A DNA stretch of 15,233 nucleotides from a bacterium. Lineage in GTDB: Bacteria; UBP7; UBA6624. The translations under genes and the position numbers were made by a program. Positions 1-5,562 of the stretch are shown here, piece by piece. A model generated the notes under the pieces. The model had not been told where the DNA came from. It saw nothing but the letters and a program-made list of their open reading frames with translations, and did no database searches. Location of the stretch: positions 1 to 15,233 of the forward strand of contig PBAU01000015.1 of assembly GCA_002716355.1 (NCBI GenBank), read 5' to 3'. The first letter of the stretch is position 1, and every line of letters begins with the position of its first letter.

Positions 1-56
1 GGTAGTTTGTATTTAAAATCAACTACATTACCTGAATAAAATAACAAGGAGTATTT

Positions 57-872
57 ATGGATCTGGCAACCATAATCGGATTAATTAGTGGAACAGCATT
101 AATTCTATTTTCAATGTTTTTAGAAGCAACAAAAAGCAGTATATCTATGTTGAAATTTTGGAGCCCATCAAGTATTATGATTGTTTTAGGTGGAACATTA
201 GCAGCAACATCAGTTGCTTTTAGATTAAAAGAGGTGGCGCGTGTTATTTCTATTATTAAATATGCATTTATTAAGCCTAAGTTTGTGCTGCATGAATTAG
301 TACAAGCTATTATTGAGTTAGCAGAGGCTAATCGTAAAGGACCTGCAGAATTAGAAAAAGAAATTCCAAACATTAAATATCCATTTTTACAAGATGGAGT
401 GCAATTTATTACTCAAGGAATCAAGCTAGATGAGTTGCGAGAAATTTTAGAAGAAAGAGAAGCTTTTAGATATAAAAGAGAATTACACGAATCTGAACTT
501 ATGAAAACAATGGGAATTTATGCACCAGCATTTGGTATGGTTGGAACTTTAATTGGTTTGGTGATTATGTTGTTTGGTATGGGTGGCAACGATAGTGGCG
601 GCGGAGGCGCAGGAGGCATTGGAAGCATTGGTCCAGCTATGGGTGTTGCATTAATTACAACCTTTTATGGGGCTATTTTAGCTAATTTAATTTTTAATCC
701 TTTTGCAGAAAAAATTAAATCTCGTAATAAAGAAAACGTACAAGCTTTTAAAATTATTATTGAAGGTGTTTGCATGCTACATCAAAAGAAACATTACTTT
801 GATGTAAAAGATAAATTAACTTCTTATATCCCAACCGAAGACCGTTTAAAATATTTTAAAGATGATGAATAA
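57..872 (+). CDS. motA: Flagellar-type stator channel protein, MotA/PomA family (271 aa)
   Basis: AAGGAG Shine-Dalgarno at 46-51, 5 nt before the ATG. Four-TM layout with a large cytoplasmic loop between TM2 and TM3. TM3/TM4 signature PAFGMVGTLIGL...IGPAMGVALITTFYGAILANLIFNPFAEKI closely matches my recollection of PomA/MotA (conserved Pro in TM3, NPF in TM4). The cytoplasmic loop keeps a basic pair followed by acidic residues (ANRKGPAELEKE). Size is typical of flagellar stators, not ZorA. Confidence 0.9.
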   Translation: MDLATIIGLISGTALILFSMFLEATKSSISMLKFWSPSSIMIVLGGTLAATSVAFRLKEVARVISIIKYAFIKPKFVLHELVQAIIELAEANRKGPAELEKEIPNIKYPFLQDGVQFITQGIKLDELREILEEREAFRYKRELHESELMKTMGIYAPAFGMVGTLIGLVIMLFGMGGNDSGGGGAGGIGSIGPAMGVALITTFYGAILANLIFNPFAEKIKSRNKENVQAFKIIIEGVCMLHQKKHYFDVKDKLTSYIPTEDRLKYFKDDE

Positions 873-1578
873 ACAAGAATTAGACCAATTTGAAGATGAA
901 ATAAGAGGGAGTATTAAAGAAGAGCAGTCATGGATGATGACATATGCAGACATGATGACACTTTTATTTGCTTTTTTTGTTCTTCTTTTTTCTATGTCAA
1001 CAATAGATCCAGTAAAAATATCCCAACTTATGGATGGAATGGGAGATCAACCAGAATTAAAATCATTTAATGAGATAACCAAAGAGTTTGAAGACATATT
1101 AGAAGAACTAAATATTGAGAATCAAGCAAAAGTTTCTAGGGATCCAAGAGGCGTTACATTAGAAATTGATGGAGATATTTGTTTTGAATCAGCAAGCACT
1201 CAGCTACATGAAACATTAATCCGAGTATTAGATTTAGCCGCAAAGAAAGTATTAAGTCAGGCAGATGATCCAAGACTGATTACTGTAGAGGGGCATACTG
1301 ATGCAGATCAAATTCCAAAGGAATTAAGAAAGTTTTTTCCAACAAATTGGGAATTATCTGCTGCAAGAGCTTCAAAAGTTGTAAATTATTTGATTGATAT
1401 TGGTGTAAATTCTGGTAAATTACAGGCATCTGGATATGCCGATAGATGGCCTGCAAGTTTATCTTGGTATGATGTTCGAAGCGGTAAAGTCAATAATGCT
1501 GTTATTGCAGAAAATAATAAAACCGAGGAACAAAAAAAAATAAATCGCAGAATCAAAATTGTTTTTAGTAAAAATTAA
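862..1578 (+). CDS. motB: Stator anchor protein MotB/PomB family with OmpA-like peptidoglycan-binding domain (238 aa)
   Basis: Overlaps the motA stop by 11 nt (ATGATGAATAA), suggesting translational coupling. Single TM with the invariant ion-binding Asp in YADMMTLLFAFFVLLFSMS (Asp30, nt 949-951). OmpA-like motifs GHTD...NWELSAARA...GYADRWP...NRRIKIVF. Confidence 0.9.
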   Translation: MMNKQELDQFEDEIRGSIKEEQSWMMTYADMMTLLFAFFVLLFSMSTIDPVKISQLMDGMGDQPELKSFNEITKEFEDILEELNIENQAKVSRDPRGVTLEIDGDICFESASTQLHETLIRVLDLAAKKVLSQADDPRLITVEGHTDADQIPKELRKFFPTNWELSAARASKVVNYLIDIGVNSGKLQASGYADRWPASLSWYDVRSGKVNNAVIAENNKTEEQKKINRRIKIVFSKN

Positions 1579-1595
1579 ACTTATTGGGAGAATGA

Positions 1596-2903
1596 ATGAA
1601 CCAAAAATTTAAAACAATTATAAATAAAACATTCTTTGTATGTTTGTTTTTGAGTATTGCTCTAATGCAAAATGCAGAATTAATAACCCAAAAAATTAAT
1701 GTAGAAAATGCTATTAGAGATAAAGTGAATGTAACATTAAATAAATTATTAGATCAATCACAGTATGTAATTATCGTGAATGCAAGAATGGATGTTAAGG
1801 CATTTTCAATGAATGATAATTCTACATCTAGTCAGCAGCAAACTAGAAACTATTATAGTCCTATCCCTGGTTTACTACCAACAGTACCACAGAATATTAA
1901 AAAATCAACAGGAACAACTTATCAGTATTCTTCTGATAAATATTTATTATATGGCTTAGATATTGCAATTTATTTAGACGAATCAACAGCAACAGGTTCA
2001 ATGAAACAAAACATTATTCGTTTAGTAAATGATGCAATTCCAGAATTAGTTGATTGTGAAGATTGTATACGATTTGAAACTATGAGCATGAATAACTCAA
2101 CCAGTTCAAGCTATCAAGATTTATTAAATAGAATTGAAACATTAGAACAAGAAAGAAGAGATGCCGAAGCTCAATTGATTAATTGGAAGTTTGACCAATT
2201 AGAAAGTCAGTTACTTATTGCGCAACAAAGAGAAAGATCTCGAGAAATTGCAGATTCGGCGAGATTGGCTAATTTACAAAAAATTGAATTAGAATATAGA
2301 AAAAAACAAGATTCTTTATATGTTTTAACATCAATCAATTTAAATGAAGCAATTAAAGGAAGAATTCAATCTGAATCAGATTTAAATGATAAATTAATTG
2401 ATATTATTAAAAGCGGTATGGACTCCAATGCAGATAGCGATATTATTGGAGGAGGTACTGATTCAGATATTGATAGGTCTAAATCAAATAATGCAGGATT
2501 ATTAATGTGGATTGGCTTTGCAGTTATTGTCTTGTTATTAGGTACATTAATATTAATGGTTATGAAAAATAAACAGCCAGTTTATTTAAAGCCTAAAAAT
2601 TCAAATAAACAGCCCGAATCTTCTGGTTCAGAATCTAATCAAAAACAAAATTTTGATGCCACTCAATCAACAGTTGTACCACCAACTCAAACTACAAGTT
2701 CTGATTCTTTAGATTTAACAGCAACTAGCGCAAATGAAGATGGAGATGTGATGAGATCAGAATTAAAGTCTTTACGTCAATCTGCTGTAGCAATGAGCGT
2801 AAGTCAGAAAGATGGAGCAAATCAAATTGTAAAAGATTGGTTAGATAGTTCTAATGAAGATGGAAATAGTTCAGATGAACAATCTGATGATAAGAAGAGT
2901 TAA
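1596..2903 (+). CDS. Two-TM membrane protein, candidate shortened/divergent FliF (MS-ring)-like protein (435 aa)
   Basis: GGGAG RBS upstream of the ATG. N-terminal hydrophobic segment (FFVCLFLSIALM). About 280 aa predicted periplasmic region with helix-strand-strand stretches resembling YscJ/FliF ring-building motifs (VENAIRDKVNVTLNKLLDQSQYVIIVNARMDV; LYGLDIAIYLDES...KQNIIRLVNDAIPELVDCEDCIRFETM). Heptad-like coiled-coil stretch (about residues 170-260). Second TM LLMWIGFAVIVLLLGTLILMVM (nt 2499-2564). About 110-aa Ser/Thr/Asp-rich cytoplasmic tail ending in an amphipathic segment with Trp (ANQIVKDWLDSSNED), like the FliG-binding C-terminus of FliF. Lies immediately upstream of fliG, as fliF normally does. 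The CDS is confident; the family assignment is tentative. Confidence 0.45.
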   Translation: MNQKFKTIINKTFFVCLFLSIALMQNAELITQKINVENAIRDKVNVTLNKLLDQSQYVIIVNARMDVKAFSMNDNSTSSQQQTRNYYSPIPGLLPTVPQNIKKSTGTTYQYSSDKYLLYGLDIAIYLDESTATGSMKQNIIRLVNDAIPELVDCEDCIRFETMSMNNSTSSSYQDLLNRIETLEQERRDAEAQLINWKFDQLESQLLIAQQRERSREIADSARLANLQKIELEYRKKQDSLYVLTSINLNEAIKGRIQSESDLNDKLIDIIKSGMDSNADSDIIGGGTDSDIDRSKSNNAGLLMWIGFAVIVLLLGTLILMVMKNKQPVYLKPKNSNKQPESSGSESNQKQNFDATQSTVVPPTQTTSSDSLDLTATSANEDGDVMRSELKSLRQSAVAMSVSQKDGANQIVKDWLDSSNEDGNSSDEQSDDKKS

Positions 2904-2929
2904 TATATTATAAGGATAAAATAATTATT

Positions 2930-3865
2930 ATGGGAAATGATTTAATAGATACTTTAGCAGGATTAGATAAATCAGCAATTTTATTTCAAGTTTTAGGTGA
3001 GTCTTTAGCCTTAACTATGTTTCAAAGTTTATCTGAGAGCGAAGTTTTAAAAATTAGAGTACGCTCTAAAGAGTTGAAAAATATTCCTTTTGATATTAAG
3101 CAGGCAGTTCTTGAAGAATTTTATTTCAAGATGATGACTCAAAAATATAGACAAGTAAGCAAGTCAAATAAGCTGTTTTCTTTTTTAGATGAATTAAATG
3201 ATGAACAAATATTTTATTTAACTAATACTGAATCTGCAAAAGTTATAGCCCTAACTCTTGATCAGCTATCAGAAGAAAGAAAAATAAAAATTCTTAATCG
3301 TTTTAATGCAAGCATTAAACATAATATTATTATTGAATTTGCCCAACTAAATGAAATTCCCCTAGAAGGTGTTGTGAATATTGCGCATGAATTAAAAAAG
3401 AAAATATCTTTTATACCCGGACCAAAGGAATTTAGTAGAGGAGGAGCACAAAGTATTGCTGCTTTACTGAATCAAATGAGCATTGAAGAATCAGAACAAT
3501 ATTTAAGCCAAATTGAACAAGATGATCCAGAACTTTATTCTAAAGTAAAAAAATACTTTTTATCTTTTGAGGATTTGTTAGATATGCCTGATCATTTAAT
3601 GCAAATATTTTGGAAAAATCCTGATGCAACAGATGTAGATACATTAGCTCAAGCATTAAAAGGCTTTGATCAAGACGTTGTTGATAGGATATTGTCATAT
3701 TTGCCTACAAGAAAACAAAAAATGTATACACCTATCACAACACCATTATCAAAGCGAGATGCAGAAGGCGCACAACAATCTATTATGAAAGTCGCAAAAG
3801 AAATGTCTAAAAACAAAGAATTAAACCTTGATGATATTTTATCAGAAACAGAAATGATAGATTAG
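2930..3865 (+). CDS. fliG: Flagellar motor switch/rotor protein FliG family, all three domains present (311 aa)
   Basis: Collinear similarity to remembered FliG sequences. N domain: LAGLDKSAILFQVLGESLALTMFQSLSESEV...VLEEFY. Middle domain: NTESAKVIALTL in place of the EHPQ-TIAL motif. GGAQSIAALLNQM and DDPELYSKVKKYFLSFEDL match the GG linker and MFxF-EDL motif. C domain: LAQALKGF...TRKQ...RDAEGAQQSIMKV. Length is typical for FliG. Confidence 0.85.
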   Translation: MGNDLIDTLAGLDKSAILFQVLGESLALTMFQSLSESEVLKIRVRSKELKNIPFDIKQAVLEEFYFKMMTQKYRQVSKSNKLFSFLDELNDEQIFYLTNTESAKVIALTLDQLSEERKIKILNRFNASIKHNIIIEFAQLNEIPLEGVVNIAHELKKKISFIPGPKEFSRGGAQSIAALLNQMSIEESEQYLSQIEQDDPELYSKVKKYFLSFEDLLDMPDHLMQIFWKNPDATDVDTLAQALKGFDQDVVDRILSYLPTRKQKMYTPITTPLSKRDAEGAQQSIMKVAKEMSKNKELNLDDILSETEMID

Positions 3866-3893
3866 AATTGAATTTAAAAATAAGTTTTCATAT

Positions 3894-3926
3894 AAAAAAA
3901 ACCTCTTTTATGAAGAGGTTTTTTTA
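3894..3926. terminator. Bidirectional rho-independent terminator shared by the convergent fliG and dockerin-protein genes
   Basis: Stem CCTCTT (3902-3907) pairs with AAGAGG (3913-3918) around loop TTATG. An A8 run (3894-3901) and a T7 run (3919-3925) extend the stem and give a U-tract on either strand. Located 29 nt after the fliG stop and 32 nt after the stop of the minus-strand gene. Confidence 0.8.
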
Positions 3927-3957
3927 TATCCAATAAATTATATAATAATTTTATTAA

Positions 3958-5478
3958 TTATCCTAAAATCATATTAATCATGGCAACGACATCTAAAACA
4001 TTTATAACACCATCTTCATTTAAATCTGAGCAAGCATTATAATTATCTTCACAGTCAGCACACAGTATAATATTAATTGTTAGAACGACATCTAGAACAT
4101 TTAATACTCCATCTGCATTTGCATCCCCATATAATTGACCACATTCATCGCCAGATCCACCAAGATCTAAGTCTAGGGTTACAAATTGTCCACTACCATC
4201 GCTAAATATAAATTCGGCAGCATTACCACCACCAATTGTTGCGCTAAATGTTACACCTTCTTCATATGCATGTCCATCAGGCGTCATAATAAAAACCATA
4301 TCTTCTACCATAACTTCATGAGCTGTTGCTAAATTATTTTCAGCATCTGTATATAAAACAGAAACTATACCTGTTTCAGTATCATATGTTGGGTTTGTAA
4401 GAGAGGGTAAAGAGTTGTCATTTTGCGATTGAGTAGACATAACCAATACCCCAAGATCTGACGTATCTAAAATATTAGTTGAAATATCTAAACCACTAAG
4501 GCCCGCCTCAACTGTAGTACCAACTAAAGCAACCCCATTTAAGGAATTAGGCCAAACTCCCCAATCAGCATCATTAGTAATAATTGATAGTAAAGATGAA
4601 GCTTGAAAATTATTACCAGCAGTTGAATAACTAAAATTCTCACTTAAAACCTCAAATCCTCCAACTTCTCCTGTTGTTAAATCACCATCAATTTTATAAA
4701 TTGCAGGATAAAGCTGACCAAAACCGCCATCACCCCAAGCATATGCATAGGCAACAGGGTTTTCAGCCTCTGGATTTACTATTGCAATAGAATATAAATT
4801 CCATGGTCCAAAAAAAGACCCAGAATCACAGCAAGATCCAGATAATCCTAATGAAGCAAATAATTTATCATCACTATATGTTGCTTTTATATTAACTATA
4901 TCTTGGCTAGCACTAGTTTCTCCAGATTCATCAGTTACTAATGTAGTATATAAATTATTTGCTGGAGGCCATTGGTTATTTTCATTATATGGAGATTGTG
5001 AAACGGTAATTTGACCAAAATCAAGCCCAAGGGAGTTAGAATCAATAGAACCTTGTAAGTACCAATCAACATTATCGCCACCATTTGTTGTAGTTGTTGC
5101 GCCCCATGTACTTTCATATCCCTCTTCATTTATAGGATTTACATTTGAATTTTCTATCCAGCTTTGTTGATTATCAGTAGAAACAAAAACACTTGCAGAT
5201 GTACTTTCAGCTTGTATTAGCGAATCTGATAAATCTGCATGAGTTGTAAAGTTAACTGCTGGAGCTGAAGAACATAAATTTTCTAATAATTCTTCTCTAA
5301 CATTTGGCATAACTTGGTTAACTGCATTTTTTGCAACCATTGCTCGCTCCCAAATAAGTTGAGCGGCTTCCTTATGAATTTGTTCCCATTGTTGAGCAGT
5401 GGGCTGTTGATAATTATTATTAAAACCCAGCGAGCTTAAAATCCATAAAAAACTAAAAATTTTCATACATGTATACAT
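3958..5478 (-). CDS. Secreted protein of unknown function with C-terminal tandem dockerin-type (EF-hand-like Ca-binding) repeats (506 aa)
   Basis: GAGGT RBS 7 nt upstream of the ATG at 5478. Signal-peptide-like N-terminus (MKIFSFLWILSSLGF). C-terminus has two copies of a D-x-N-x-D-G-V-[LI]-N-V-L-D-V-V motif (GDANADGVLNVLDVVLTINIIL and SDLNEDGVINVLDVVAMINMILG; nt 3961-4128), matching the type I dockerin duplicated-segment pattern. I do not recognise the remaining ~440 aa (Gly/Ser/Thr/Asn-rich, probably beta-rich). Confidence 0.8.
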   Translation of the reverse strand: MYTCMKIFSFLWILSSLGFNNNYQQPTAQQWEQIHKEAAQLIWERAMVAKNAVNQVMPNVREELLENLCSSAPAVNFTTHADLSDSLIQAESTSASVFVSTDNQQSWIENSNVNPINEEGYESTWGATTTTNGGDNVDWYLQGSIDSNSLGLDFGQITVSQSPYNENNQWPPANNLYTTLVTDESGETSASQDIVNIKATYSDDKLFASLGLSGSCCDSGSFFGPWNLYSIAIVNPEAENPVAYAYAWGDGGFGQLYPAIYKIDGDLTTGEVGGFEVLSENFSYSTAGNNFQASSLLSIITNDADWGVWPNSLNGVALVGTTVEAGLSGLDISTNILDTSDLGVLVMSTQSQNDNSLPSLTNPTYDTETGIVSVLYTDAENNLATAHEVMVEDMVFIMTPDGHAYEEGVTFSATIGGGNAAEFIFSDGSGQFVTLDLDLGGSGDECGQLYGDANADGVLNVLDVVLTINIILCADCEDNYNACSDLNEDGVINVLDVVAMINMILG

Positions 5479-5562
5479 TATAAGTACCTCATTAATTATT
5501 TTGCGTAGGAAATATAATACATTATAACATAAAATCTATATATAAAAATATTACAAATTGTA

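Noticed and set aside
1-39. Frame 1 is open from the window edge to a TAA at 37-39, possibly the last 12 codons of an upstream plus-strand gene (…GSLYLKSTTLPE*)
   Set aside because: It is too short to distinguish from non-coding sequence. It is noted only because the identity of the upstream gene matters for interpreting the motor cassette.
23-373. 116-aa ORF on the minus strand overlapping the 5' part of motA
   Set aside because: It lies entirely antisense to a well-supported MotA coding frame and its composition is typical of an antisense frame of an AT-rich gene. It has no recognisable motif or RBS.
1533-1541. Homopolymer tracts inside genes (A9 in motB at 1533-1541; T8-T9 runs in the ppdK region at 7384-7391 and 7623-7631) as possible slipped-strand phase-variation sites
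   Set aside because: Such runs are common in genomes of this AT content and encode Lys/Phe-rich stretches. All affected reading frames are intact, and the motB run lies near the 3' end where a shift would have little switching effect.
57-3865. Possibility that the MotA/MotB pair plus two downstream genes is a Zorya-type anti-phage system
   Set aside because: ZorA proteins are much longer (~700 aa with a long C-terminal tail), and Zorya partners are ZorC/D/E-type nuclease or helicase-like proteins. Here MotA is stator-sized (271 aa) and the fourth gene is collinear with FliG over all three domains.
4938-5129. 63-aa minus-strand ORF inside the dockerin-protein gene (alternative frame)
   Set aside because: It is nested in a different frame of a longer, better supported CDS on the same strand, with no start signal or recognisable motif. 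It is an ORF-track artefact.
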